Below are positions 12,101-22,814 of a DNA stretch of 64,000 nucleotides, piece after piece. The notes below the pieces were generated by a model. The model was not told the DNA's origin. It did no database searches and saw only the letters and a list, made by a program, of their open reading frames with translations. Numbering within the stretch: the first letter of the stretch is position 1; the number at the start of each line of letters is the position of its first letter. The translations under genes were made by a program, and so were the position numbers. The stretch comes from Trypanosoma brucei (Eukaryota): assembly GCA_000002445.1 (NCBI GenBank), contig AL929603.2, positions 544,001 to 608,000 of the forward strand, in the 5' to 3' direction.

Positions 12101-14473
12101 GGTTCTAACGGTGGTGGTGAAGAGGATATCCTCCCAGGTCTGGTAAGTGGTACGCGCTCGCTGATTTGTGACATTTACTTTCCCAAAGGGTGCCCACTGG
12201 AGTCGTGTCCATCAAAATGTGACAATGACCGCGCCATGGAAGTCGGTTGCCCCATTGTTTTTCTTGCACGCCTGGTGTGCTGGACAGGGGCTGCAACACA
12301 TGATCCGTGTCCTTATGTCTCCTCTCGTGCGGAGGAGGCACTCAGTTGTTTACCACCACTTAGCGCGGGCGGCTTCTTCACGCAGCCAACAACCCCGAGG
12401 GAGTCAGGTGCGGTAGAAAAATCGACAAAAGTGCCCAGTGACGCCAAAAGTAGGAGGTTTTTATCGATGCTTCGTAGCTCTGTAATTCGGGTTCTAAAAC
12501 GGGGAATGCGAGGGACAGGCAATCGTTCTGACGGTGCTGCATCACGAGGCAAGGCAGCCGGTGTGGAACGCGATCGTCGACTTAGTAATGAAAGTGGTGG
12601 CGTCGCGGACGTTCAGACTCTCGCGTGCGACGCTGTTTTACCACGCAGGATCGTTTCCACTGGTAGTGGTGCAGCTGTCGCATCCTTTGTTTTCACTCTT
12701 CTGGGTTTCCTGGACGAGCTGTTGCTAGTACCAATGGACGATGATGATCCACGAAATACCTTTAACCTTAGGAGGGACTTCTGCATGAGAGAGTACGTGC
12801 ACAAGGTGAGAAATGAATTGCGGCTGTCAGCGCCCCCCGCTGGTTATAGTGGTGATAGCTGTAACCTACCTGCGGTGCCATCCCCACCTCTCCCGACCTG
12901 GTCCCCACCAGTCTCTCACGTCGAGGGTGTAAAACCATTAGTTGACGAGGAAAGGGAACCGAGCGCCATGTTATCTCCCACTGGGAGCCAACTCCCCCTG
13001 ATCAACCTTTCGATAACTTCCGACACGAGCCTTGGGGCGTCGGCTTGGTCACACCCGGTCAGCAACGTTTCATTTGAGCATGACGGGCTTATCGGCGTGA
13101 TGGCATTCCACATGGCGGAACGGCATCTCGTAACGGGAACCTCTCATGGTACGGTGCAGGTTTGGTCGTGGAGCGCGGAAGAGCATCTCACCGCCATGGC
13201 TGGCCGTTCCTCTACTGCCCTGAGCGCGGCGTGCTCATTAACGGCGGCAACAGCGTCGGCAAGCACATCACCGGCCACATCAGTCGGTGTGGGTTCCACC
13301 TCTGTTCATGTGAAAGCGACGTGCCGGTGGATTTCAGATATTTGTGCCCCGGCGGTAACGTCGTGGGTTGATCCCGTTGCATTTGCCAGGACTACAACGC
13401 TGTATAATCAACAGCAGCAATCGGGTCCGCGAAAAAAGATGACCTCTGGGATCATTGCCAAGTCGTCGCACGGGTGGGTGGGGCTTCCGTGGAACATCCA
13501 TTCGGCCTGGCAGTGTCCTGAGGAAGATAGCCCGGTTATTTCCGAGCACTGTGCTACGAATTCTATCAAGTCGGTTACTGGATTACATTTTGTAGATGCC
13601 GCCTATCGCACGTTGTTGTGCGTAGTGGGTTCCTCGGGGTCGGTGCAGCTCTTCATGGACTACGCTGGTGGGACTGCAGTGAAGCGTGTCACCTCATTTG
13701 CGACTGCGGCATGCGGGGGGAGATGTGGCGGGGGTCGCATGCCTTGTCTTTCCTCCTATCATGTACCAGCGACTTTATTGCATGTAAGTGGGCCTGATGG
13801 GTTGATTGACTCATGGGATTTGGTGTGTGAGCACAAGGTTTTGGAGGGCATTGGTAGCCAACAGTCATCCTTTATTATGCCCTCTGTTATAACACCAAGC
13901 TCCACTGATGATTCAACCGTAGCTGTTGGCGCCGGTTCGGTTTACTTATTTGATCTGCGAAAACCCGCTCGGGCCACTTGTATTTTCCCTAGCAGCGCAG
14001 AGTCGGAGGATGACGCGGCAAAGCCGCCTGTAGGTGGTGCAGAAAATTCGAAGGGCACGTGCCTCCATATAAGTTTCCCTTATTGCTATCCCCATGTTAT
14101 TGTGACGGGATATGGTGGCGCGAAGGGGGTTGTAACGCTTTGGGATAAGCGGTTTCCCCGCGACCCTCTTCGGCAGGTGGTGGTGGCGGAGCCGGTTGCC
14201 CCCGCTTCATCGGCTTTACGCAATCCCGTGTGTCGAATGGATGTGCAGCCGTATCATCAAACCCTCTCAACCGTATCAGCGACTGCAGATGCGATTTTCA
14301 TTAGTGATGTTATGGAAGAGTCTGCAGTGAATGGACAGGCGAGGGCCTCGTACACGCGAGTGAAGGAACTCCCTGGTGCGGTGGCTTTTCATCCCATACT
14401 TCCGATTTGTGCTGTAGCGACTGGAGGGCCGCCGCGTATTTACGGTCGTAGCACGACATGTGTGTATGATTAG
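9182..14473 (+). CDS. Raptor-like protein (regulatory-associated protein of TOR), 1763 aa. It has an N-terminal caspase-like RNC domain and C-terminal WD40 repeats.
   Basis: A long uninterrupted GC-rich ORF. 'KVIFHYGGYGVPRPQSGLIYLMEP...LVVVADCPNASELL' aligns to the Raptor RNC motif 'RVLFHYNGHGVPRPT...IFVYDCSNAG', and 'TSCLMTPLQMALLWF' to Raptor 'TSCLTSPI..LRWF'. C-terminal WD-like repeats include 'TGTSHGTVQVWSW' and 'GAKGVVTLWDKRF'. The true start may be the downstream Met at 9227. Confidence 0.6.
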   Translation: MPCCLLPSRRFEPLRSMNFWTVPSVDDIPPNVSSGTDLEPRTAVEVEAVERRRWLRLVQEAWLRRGRRVPLSEREPPAGGIAAEAAVVPAATTAVVVSININPLLWGEEGDGNQEENSIQALDAPYVFGWRSLGLLPGDSFNILGELGKQLERRYQALSKRSLMVKHCHNTEVSRLHRGLMQCRERAGGRGKVIFHYGGYGVPRPQSGLIYLMEPSGSAVKCRTRTLFEKVGLPLVVVADCPNASELLRNFLRCQSSPKPEHNTGSDAEGDTSFAQGPPDADRPTLRVPHEGTAGVSSFDAGSEETCATSSVLSDFFFLGATFSGELPQHPKLPSDILTSCLMTPLQMALLWFMVENDSLTDIHPLLPFLIPGALDDKKTPLGQLHWATMAIMECIAWSSLPYKTFVHLFREDVVVAPLFRGFLLAERIITALGGEVCVYPPLPHMGNHPQWDSLDCIIGRTFVSLKRAVQPAPPTSLTTLEFREWLDWNVTKWRCEQRSMSLPSLGNRPVTVPDFLEEELRCLMAVAERVTEQSLFHCGGIAWHQCRRPGHIGPHRTGPRKVSIYRGMGEEAAVDPLLACSTGSNDLSGCGCSGGAFMRPFPSVAGLPMLLQGLLVVAHRDEAMKVLCRFIDAGLSAAAACAKVGIFDMALARFWSRSDLQHLLPSMLFVYAKACYADPSLAGLAWAQRSAVTTSCLKALERPFSLPSDPPAGPGLWQCKELGYWLESEGQRVLSSAILSMTSFSFDQDRKYLLESGALNLCSELLRDASVRVPLLQRGSAEVYINQSRGSRVQHHFVATTDAYAARLTTSITSLLALFVALTWKASALEPGAARPINAGTEGALTNGSGGEQKLGLEELASPLKTLHLLSWASSSIIRGAALKAISVTMSSSCTDEATSLRCIHIIVECANVLVAPREGNMSNRIDLVDIVFLSIRWLVRYLSAHMPMETVRASVQCASEKIYRASEAGEGGSNGGGEEDILPGLVSGTRSLICDIYFPKGCPLESCPSKCDNDRAMEVGCPIVFLARLVCWTGAATHDPCPYVSSRAEEALSCLPPLSAGGFFTQPTTPRESGAVEKSTKVPSDAKSRRFLSMLRSSVIRVLKRGMRGTGNRSDGAASRGKAAGVERDRRLSNESGGVADVQTLACDAVLPRRIVSTGSGAAVASFVFTLLGFLDELLLVPMDDDDPRNTFNLRRDFCMREYVHKVRNELRLSAPPAGYSGDSCNLPAVPSPPLPTWSPPVSHVEGVKPLVDEEREPSAMLSPTGSQLPLINLSITSDTSLGASAWSHPVSNVSFEHDGLIGVMAFHMAERHLVTGTSHGTVQVWSWSAEEHLTAMAGRSSTALSAACSLTAATASASTSPATSVGVGSTSVHVKATCRWISDICAPAVTSWVDPVAFARTTTLYNQQQQSGPRKKMTSGIIAKSSHGWVGLPWNIHSAWQCPEEDSPVISEHCATNSIKSVTGLHFVDAAYRTLLCVVGSSGSVQLFMDYAGGTAVKRVTSFATAACGGRCGGGRMPCLSSYHVPATLLHVSGPDGLIDSWDLVCEHKVLEGIGSQQSSFIMPSVITPSSTDDSTVAVGAGSVYLFDLRKPARATCIFPSSAESEDDAAKPPVGGAENSKGTCLHISFPYCYPHVIVTGYGGAKGVVTLWDKRFPRDPLRQVVVAEPVAPASSALRNPVCRMDVQPYHQTLSTVSATADAIFISDVMEESAVNGQARASYTRVKELPGAVAFHPILPICAVATGGPPRIYGRSTTCVYD

Positions 14474-16148
14474 CAAGGAAAAGGAAAAGAAAAGAGGAAT
14501 ATAAAACGTTGGTTCCTCGGTGTGTCACGCTACTCGGAGGGGGGGGGGTTATGTGGAGGGAAGTGGGGAGACTGTTTGTCGTTATTTGTTACTAGTGTTA
14601 TTAGTGTTTTTCCTCTCTTGAGAAGTTTTGTTCTTTTGGCTTGGTTTTGCAATTTTTTGTTTTCGGTATTGCGAGACTCCCCCATATCACTTTATATGAA
14701 CGAAGAGACGATCAAAAAAAGAAAAAAAAGAGGAAAGGCAGAGGTACATCATTTTACCTCTATTTTTTGTTTTGTTTTGTATCCCATGCTGCTGCGGTTG
14801 TCTTGTGTATACCTTCCGTTAGTTTCTACTGAAAGGTGATTCCCATGAAGGACAGGGGGGGGAGGGGAATTGCCCATTCATTTTGACACACGTCGCTCAA
14901 ATCGAAGGTTTACCGCCGCACCATGGCGTGTTTAACGTCTCTCCCCACACCCACCTAATCAAGTTCCTCTCACTGCTTTTTATCTCTCATCACATGTCTC
15001 TTTTCATTTTTTTTGTACTTTATTATTATTATTAATATTATTAGTAGTTTTATTTCTCCCTCATTACCCTTGTGCTACGTCTGGTTTATATCCGTGTCGG
15101 TGTCACTGTTTGTTTCAACTTCTTTTTTTTTTCTGTTGTTGTTGTTTTGTCGTTGTTGTTGTTTCGCTGGAGGCGTGGTGTATCTCTGTCTTGTTTCTGT
15201 TTTTCCTTTTGGTTTCTCTGCGAAAATTTATCGTGCCGATGTGCTCTCTGGTCCACTTTTCCTCACTTTTTTTTTCTGTTTGCTATTGTTATTGTTGCCT
15301 ATTCGGTTTGCATCCGCATTATTCTACTCTTCTTTCCTCTCCAAACACACGCGCGCACACACATTAATAATAATGTGCAGTACACATATGTATGTATATA
15401 TGAATATGAACTTTTCAGTTTTCCCTTGGCTCTTCTTTTTTTCTTCTTCTTTTTCCTTCCTTTCCTCGCACACAGGTGAGTTTTGTTATTTGCGTTCATA
15501 TATTGTTTATTTGTACATGTGTTGGAAACTCTGAGGCAGTAAAAGGTGGAAAAAAAAGCCTTTCTTTTTAAAAGAAAAAAAGGCACGTATACATATATTT
15601 ATTTGTTCACACCTATGCGTTTGTATCTACAGGGGAGAGAGAAAGAAAGAAAGAAAAACGCGGAGAGAATAGTATATGAAATAAAAATAAATGAGGGGCG
15701 ACATGTTTCCGGTGGCTGCGTGTCGGCTCTTCCACTTCGACTCTGTTTTGTTTTGTTTTGTTGTTTTCATCTTCATTTTTGGTCCCTTCGCTCGGTTTTT
15801 CATGCCAGTTTCCTCACGTTATATTATGTTTCCTCTCCATTGCCTTTCATGAACCTCGAGGCGGAGAAATAGCTCCACTTCCGGCCACAATTCTTGGCCA
15901 CTTGGGGAAGGGGGGGATTTTATCTATACAATTTGTTTCTTTTTTTCCACTTTTTTCCTTCATTTATTTACAAAATGTGTAAGCATTTTTTGATCTCCTT
16001 CTCTTACTTCATAAGTTTTCTCCACGGTAAAGTAACGAACGGAAAGGAAAAGAAGAAAAAAAAACGACGGAATAGGAAGAGAAAGAAGAAGAAGAGGGGA
16101 CAGTTACCGACACCGTTTGGTCGAAACAATTAGCGGGGAGGAGAGTCC

Positions 16149-17120
16149 TTGGAAACGTTACTGATGGGTAGTCCTGCTGCGCCATACAATAGTGCCGTAT
16201 GCGCTGTGCAAAAACTGATTAACAAGTTGGAGGATGAAATGCATGAGGCCGTCACTAAAGTACTTGTTGAAAATAACATCAAACTGAACGAGCACTACAG
16301 CGCCCGGCACGAGGTGATCACAAATGCCATTAAAAACGGTAAACTTCCGACCACATTTTGGGCAGACGCCATCATTGCCGTCCTTCGAGATGCGCATGTT
16401 GAAGAGGATCGGGATGGCAGCCGCGCCGCGGGAAATGATGCTGAAGATGATGATGATGATGGAAATCAACTGGGCACTTTTGATGAGGCGCTGCTTCGGA
16501 AACACCTGAAGGATATGATGGTGACATACAAGGAGACGGGTTCTCGTTTGTCCTTAACATTTTCACCCAACCCATTTTTCGAAGAGACAGAGCTTTGGAT
16601 TGAAGAAAACCAATTGAATAACGAGGGCTCCAAAAACAATGATGATGATAATAATAATAATAATAATGATAGTGATGGCGGTGGTGGTGGCGATTTCTAT
16701 AAAACGTATGAGGTGTCGGATATTACGTGGAAGCCGGACCATGGCCCAAACTTCGATGATAATGACGGTGATGGTGGTGGTGGCGAGAAACGATCCGGCT
16801 CGAAGCGGGGCCGCTCAAATATGGATCCCACAAGACATGGGTGGAGTTTCCTCAACATGTTCAGTAAAATTCCACCTCATCCATTAGATGATTATTATGA
16901 TGATGATTTTTATGATGATAATGATGATGATGATGATGATGATGATAAGAAGTGGATTGAGGAAGCCATAGATATATGGGAAGAGGATATGGACGAGCGG
17001 GAGCAATTGTTTCGATTTCTGGTTCGAGAGGTCTGGTCGGATCCACTCGAGGCAGCGGCTGAGAAAGGAAGCGACAATGGAGCCGGAACATCACCCGAAA
17101 AGCCAAACAAACACGAATGA
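16149..17120 (+). CDS. NAP/SET-family nucleosome assembly protein-like histone chaperone with an acidic poly-Asp tail, 323 aa.
   Basis: 'KLPTTFWADAI' resembles the NAP 'IPEFW' motif and 'SFLNMFSKIPP' the NAP 'SFFNFFAPP' motif. The C-terminus is extremely D/E-rich (DDDDDDDDD). Confidence 0.5.
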   Translation: METLLMGSPAAPYNSAVCAVQKLINKLEDEMHEAVTKVLVENNIKLNEHYSARHEVITNAIKNGKLPTTFWADAIIAVLRDAHVEEDRDGSRAAGNDAEDDDDDGNQLGTFDEALLRKHLKDMMVTYKETGSRLSLTFSPNPFFEETELWIEENQLNNEGSKNNDDDNNNNNNDSDGGGGGDFYKTYEVSDITWKPDHGPNFDDNDGDGGGGEKRSGSKRGRSNMDPTRHGWSFLNMFSKIPPHPLDDYYDDDFYDDNDDDDDDDDKKWIEEAIDIWEEDMDEREQLFRFLVREVWSDPLEAAAEKGSDNGAGTSPEKPNKHE

Positions 17121-18243
17121 GGTCATACAATGGGAAATATAGCGGGGGGGAGAGATAAGGAGTGCCTGGGCGTTAGAAGCATAGACACATACGCACACAA
17201 CATAAATATAAATAAATATATATTAGTATATTTACGTATATTTATGTATATGTGTCTGGAGGTTGTCCTGTTTTTTGTTTTTGTTTTCATTTTTCTTAAG
17301 GTGGGAAAGGGATGATGGGGAAATAGAATATTAGCATTCAAATATTTCTCCATCATCCCTTTCTCTCTCTTCTGGTTTCTTGTCTTCCTTCCCCTGCCCA
17401 TTTGTTGCGGGGTGGGGCGGGTTTAAGTACATTATTTGGGTCGTTGGTGTGGTTAATTCCGCGTTGGAGGCCATGCCTTAGGTGCCGTGATGTGGTGTAG
17501 CAGTGGAAAGCGAAACTTCATTCTGTTTGTTTTCGTTTTTTTTTTTTCTTCTTCTTCTTCTTCTTTCCACACACCTTGCAAGTGGAATAACTTCGATGGA
17601 TGGATGCAGTTGACGAAAATTAATATGACGAATTTGTTCGCAGTGTTTTATGCGCCACTGCCGTATGGTGCATTTATGAGAGGACTCTTCTGATTGATAA
17701 TTTTTTTTTAAAAAAAGAAAAAGAAAAAGAAGAAAAAACGAGATGGAAAAAAGAAGGATGGATGGGAATTTTTTAAAAAAAAAACAAAACAAAACAAAAC
17801 AGGGACGCAGCACGCCTGCCTGGTCCCGTCTTTGTGTTTCACTTTTTCCCTTCCTTTTCTTCGTCTTATTTCCAAATCGAACTCTTCTTTTTTTTTTTCT
17901 TTTCATTTTACCGCCCGTGTATGGTTCCACCTGCTGCACGTATAATCACACCTCAATTTGTTAACCACCCTCAATTATTTAGTTTCTGTGCCTTTACTTT
18001 TAATCTCTTCATTATTTGTTGCTTCTCTTCTCGTCCCTTTTCACTGTATGACCATGCTTGAATTACTTGCAACTTACACAATACAAATTTCACACATTTA
18101 AATATGGAAGGTGGAAAAAAAAAAGAAAAAGAAACAAATAATAAACACTACGTTAAGGGCGAACGAATTTGAGGAAGAAGAAGGAGGAGGAGATTTACAC
18201 AAACAAGACAGCAAAATAAAGAAAAAGAAATAAGAAAATAAAA

Positions 18244-18615
18244 ATGGGTTGTGGTGGCTCAAAGACTTCTACGGTTGAGTTTATTAATGGACAGCCGACT
18301 GTTCAGGGCGATGAAATTGTAAAGGGTTTTAATGAAGGAAATGGTCTCCTCTTCCGAATTGTTAAAACACGCGCTGGTCGCTGGGCGTATTATAACGATA
18401 CGTTGGATTATGACATGCATGTGAAAGTTACCTTTAGCGAGGACTGCAGAATTAAGGCACTTGGACAAACGAGACTTGAGAAATTGGAAAGCGGTGAAAG
18501 TGTGGCAACTGTTGTGGTAAAACCATGCGCAACAGAATTATTTATTGAAGGACATGTGAATGGATATAAGGCAAAAATGGATGCCATTCCCATTACTGAT
18601 GGAGACAGGCAATAG
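18244..18615 (+). CDS. Small calpain-related protein (SKCRP-like), 123 aa, with an MGCGGS dual-acylation N-terminus.
   Basis: Paralog of 20977 with long identical nucleotide blocks, plus the NGLLFRIV motif. The MGC N-terminus carries a myristoyl/palmitoyl signal. Confidence 0.7.
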   Translation: MGCGGSKTSTVEFINGQPTVQGDEIVKGFNEGNGLLFRIVKTRAGRWAYYNDTLDYDMHVKVTFSEDCRIKALGQTRLEKLESGESVATVVVKPCATELFIEGHVNGYKAKMDAIPITDGDRQ

Positions 18616-19157
18616 TAGGGTTGGATGATGTAATGGGGATATATATATATATATATATATTTAAATATATATCAATTTTATGTTTTTTCTTTAAAACAAA
18701 AAAAAAAGAAAGGAAATCTCCTTTATCTCCTCCTCCCTTTTTTTTTACACAATTTTATTATTATTATTATTATTGTTGTTGTTGTTAACTCTATTTATTT
18801 ATTGTGTCGATGTTTTCATTTTTCAAAATGGTGTGTTGTATAGGAGTGGTACGAATAACGAGCGAGACGAAGATAATAAGCATCCATTGATGTTAGTGAT
18901 GTTACCTGTTATTATTATTTTTATTATTGTGACGTTCAGTGGGATAAATGCTTTTGTTTTGTTTATCGAGTTTCATTTTTTGTTGTTGTTCTTGTTATTG
19001 GTGTTCATTTGTTTTTATGGTTGTTTTATTTAATTATTATTTTTATTAATATTATTTTGATCTTCGTGATTTTATTTTATTTTTTTTTTCTCCCTCTTTC
19101 TTTTTACCCTTCCACCGTATATTGAAAAAGCGCATGTTGTTATAATTATTATAATAA

Positions 19158-19189
<32 letters not shown>

Positions 19190-20976
19190 CCGTTGACTTT
19201 TTGTTGTATTTTTCATGTGGCCGCGTAGGGAAGTAAAAAATAAAGAAAGAAGACACGGAGAGAAAACACTTATATATATATATATATATATATATAAAGC
19301 AAACAATCAATAAAACTTCTAAAATACAAGCAAAAAAAGGAGGGGGAAAAAATAATAATAATAATAATAAATATATAAATAAATAACAAATGAACAACAG
19401 CTTTTCAGTGGTCGCCTCAGCTAACCAAACATTACCACCGTTGTTGCGAGTAGAGAAGTGTATGAAATAAATGAATACACGGATGAATTATTTTACCTTT
19501 TCTACACTTTTTATATTTGTTTTTTGTTCGTTTGTTTGTTTCCAAAAAAAAAAAGAAGTAAAGAAAGATGGCGATGAATGAATGAATGAAAATGAAGCGT
19601 TCAGTAAAAAAACGGAGAGAAGATAAGAAAATGAAATGAAATGATAGAGAGAAAGAGAAAGAGAGAAAGGAAAAAAGAAAGGAAGGAAGGAGGAGAAAAG
19701 AAAATGTGTGTGAGTGTTTGTGTGTTTTCTTTTTTTGTTTTTTCGTTAGCGCTGTTATTTTGTTATGTTCATTTCCTTTTTATGATTCCACACTTGACCA
19801 TCCTCCTCCTCTGTTGTTGTTGTTGTTTTTTCCCCCTTTTTTTTCTTTTTTTTCTTGGGGAAGCAATTAATGTTGTTTTGTTTGTTTTTGCGCACTTTAT
19901 TATCATTATTATTATTATTATTATTATTTCCCGCATGTGATGTGAAACCAACAAAAATATCACAAAGGCGGGGAGAAAACAACAACAACAAATGAAAGCA
20001 CAAAATAAAAAAAATAAAAAAAAGAGTGTTTGGGACCCCATTAGAAGGATGAAAGAAAAGGAGAGTGAATGAATAAAATCAGAATATAGACATAGAAATG
20101 AGGAGAAAAAGGGGCTAAATAAGACGCATGTATGTGTGGAGGAAGGGAGGGAGAGAGAGAAATATATATATATATATATATAACAAAAATGGCGGAACGA
20201 TTCTTTAAAAAAAAAAAGACAAGAAAAAGTTTAAACGGTGGGTTTACACGCACACGAGCATGCAAAAAAAAAAAGTTTCTTATTTATTATTTTTTATTTC
20301 TTTTTTTTTTCTCTTTTTTTTTTTTAATCATTTGTTGTGTTTCACCGTGGTTCGCCTGGTTTTTATCTTCTTTGTTACATTTATTATTTTATCGTGTCAC
20401 ACCCCTCGTCCTGTTATTTCCATAATTGCCTTTTCAAAAGATGAAATTCCCAACCTTTTTATTTTAATTTCATGTTTCTTTTCTTTTCTGACTCTTTTCT
20501 CTTTCCGTATCTTATTCTATTTTTGTTTTTGTTTTGCGAAATAACGAAAATACATCGCAAAATAAAATAAATAAATATTAACACAATCTGGTAAACTCAG
20601 GGATTATTTTAGTCACTACAGTTACCACCACAACAACAACAACAAAGAACTATTACGATAAATATTTGTTAACAAAGGGGGAAATATAGTAATAAATATT
20701 ATTATTATCATTATTATTATTACTCTCGTTAGTGCTAGCAAAAGAAATATATATATTTGCCTTATTTGCACAAAAGAAGTCACACGCAAATATTCACTAG
20801 CGCAAGCAAACATAAGTTAAAATAAAGAAAGAAAAAAGGGAACACATTCATATAAAGATAAACTACAAAAACACAGCAGAGAAAGGAAGAAAAGTAGGAT
20901 AGAAAGGGAAGGGGAAAAAGTAATTCCAAAAGAGTAAGAAAATAAATAAAAAGAAAAAAGAAAAAAGAAAATAAAA

Positions 20977-21366
20977 ATGGGTTGCGGTGGCTCAACGACT
21001 TCCGTCACATTCATCAACGGCCGGCCGACTGTTCAGGGCGATGAAATTGCGAAGGGTTTTAATGAAGGAAATGGTCTCCTCTTCCGAATTGTTAACTCAA
21101 GCACTGGTCGCTGGGCGTATTATAACGATACGTTGGATTATGACATGCATGTGAAAGTTACCTTTAGCGAGGACTGCAAAATTAAGGCACTTGGAAAGGC
21201 AAAGTTGGAGCGTTTGAGCTCTGGTGAAAGTGTGGTGACTGTTGTGGTAAAACCATGCGCAACAGAATTATTTATTGAAGGCACTGTGAATGGATATAAG
21301 GCAAAAATGGATGCCATTCCCATTACTGATGGAGACAGGCGCCGCAGGGGATCTGGCAGGAAATAA
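20977..21366 (+). CDS. Small calpain-related protein (SKCRP-like), 129 aa, with an MGCGGS dual-acylation N-terminus.
   Basis: Near-identical core to 18244 (e.g. RWAYYNDTLDYDMHVKVTFSEDC, KAKMDAIPITDGDR). The ends diverge. Confidence 0.7.
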   Translation: MGCGGSTTSVTFINGRPTVQGDEIAKGFNEGNGLLFRIVNSSTGRWAYYNDTLDYDMHVKVTFSEDCKIKALGKAKLERLSSGESVVTVVVKPCATELFIEGTVNGYKAKMDAIPITDGDRRRRGSGRK

Positions 21367-22783
21367 GGAAATTGCAAGAAATATGCAAGAAAAGAAAAGA
21401 AAAGAAAAGAAAATGCACACAAACACAAAGCACACAAAGAGGTAAATGAGAATGAGAATGAGAGTAGAGGAAGTCAAATATTTGTTTTTTTTTATTTATT
21501 TCGTTTGCATTCTTTCTTAGAAGAGTGAGTTGTTTTCTCTCTTTTCTTTTTATGATTGTTGTCTTGACAGATGTTATGGCCGTGTTATTAAGCATATTAA
21601 AGAAAAGGAAGAGAGGAGAGGAGAGGAAAAGAGGGAGAGAGAAAAGAGGGAATACAGGAGAGGGTAAGGGGAATGGAAGAGAAGGGAATACAAATGAAAA
21701 ATAAAAAAAAAGAAGGGGGGGGGAAAAAATACAAGACGTTCAACATGAAATAAAATAAAATGAAAGGTAAATAAAAGCAATTTATGGGGCGACACGGCGC
21801 TGTTTCCGCCCATCTTCCCCACCCCCATCCCTCACATTTTTTTTTCTTGTATTGATTCATCCTGTTTTTTATTGTTACTATTTATTCATGCTGTTTTGTT
21901 TTTTTTTTTTTGTACTTATGAGTTGAGAAGGAGAGAAACAACAACGAATACCAAAAATAAATAAATAAAAAATATACTTGCACGTATGCATGCATGCATC
22001 TTTATTTTGTTTTTGTTTTTGTTTTTGTTGTTGTTGTTGTTGTGTTTCGTATATATGTATATATATATATATGTCTGTATCTCTATCTCTATCTCTCTCT
22101 CTCATTTTCACTCCATATCATTCTTCAATTATGTCAAGTCATGTCTCATCATGTCTTGTCTCTTCCCCATTTTATTTTTCTCTTTTTTCGGTCTTGTATT
22201 CGACCGCAATTTGTTTGTTTGTTTGTTTTGGCACCTTCTTTTTTCTTTTTTTTTCTTTTTTTCTTTTGAATTCTGTTAACCATTCAAAAGAAGGAGTTTT
22301 TTTTTCTTCTTTGGAAGAAGGAGAAGGAGAAGGAAAGAAAAGAAAAGAAAAGGAAGAAAAAAAAAAGAAGGATCAAAAAGAGATCAGACATGTACACAGT
22401 GGGACGTGGGGGAAAGGAATATTAGGCACGCATTAATGCATGAATTGAATAAATTATTCAATCATTATTTCATATCAGTGCATAAGAAAGTTAAAAGAGA
22501 AAAAGAAGGGGAGGAGATGGAAAAAGAAAAAAAGAAAAAAGAAAAAAATAAGAGGTGTGATGAATATGAAATGAAAAAGAATGAAATAAAACGAATATGT
22601 GCGCACGAGGCAATTTATTAGGGGGAAAAAGAAACAGAGAGAGGGGGGAATAGGGCCGAGGGGACGGAATTTTAAGCGCTTGCTGAAAGGTTTCAGTCGC
22701 AAAAGTCTAATGATATATTAAATGGGTGAAGGGAAAGGAAGGGAAGCCCCCCCCCCAAAAAAAAAAAAAAGAAAGAAATGTCT

Positions 22784-22814
<31 letters not shown>

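Noticed and set aside
17400-17520. GC-rich island (ttgttgcggggtggggcgggtttaag…ggaggccatgccttaggtgccgtgatgtggtgtagcag) downstream of the NAP-like gene, a possible small RNA.
   Set aside because: No recognisable tRNA cloverleaf, snoRNA C/D or H/ACA boxes could be confidently identified by eye. Left unannotated.
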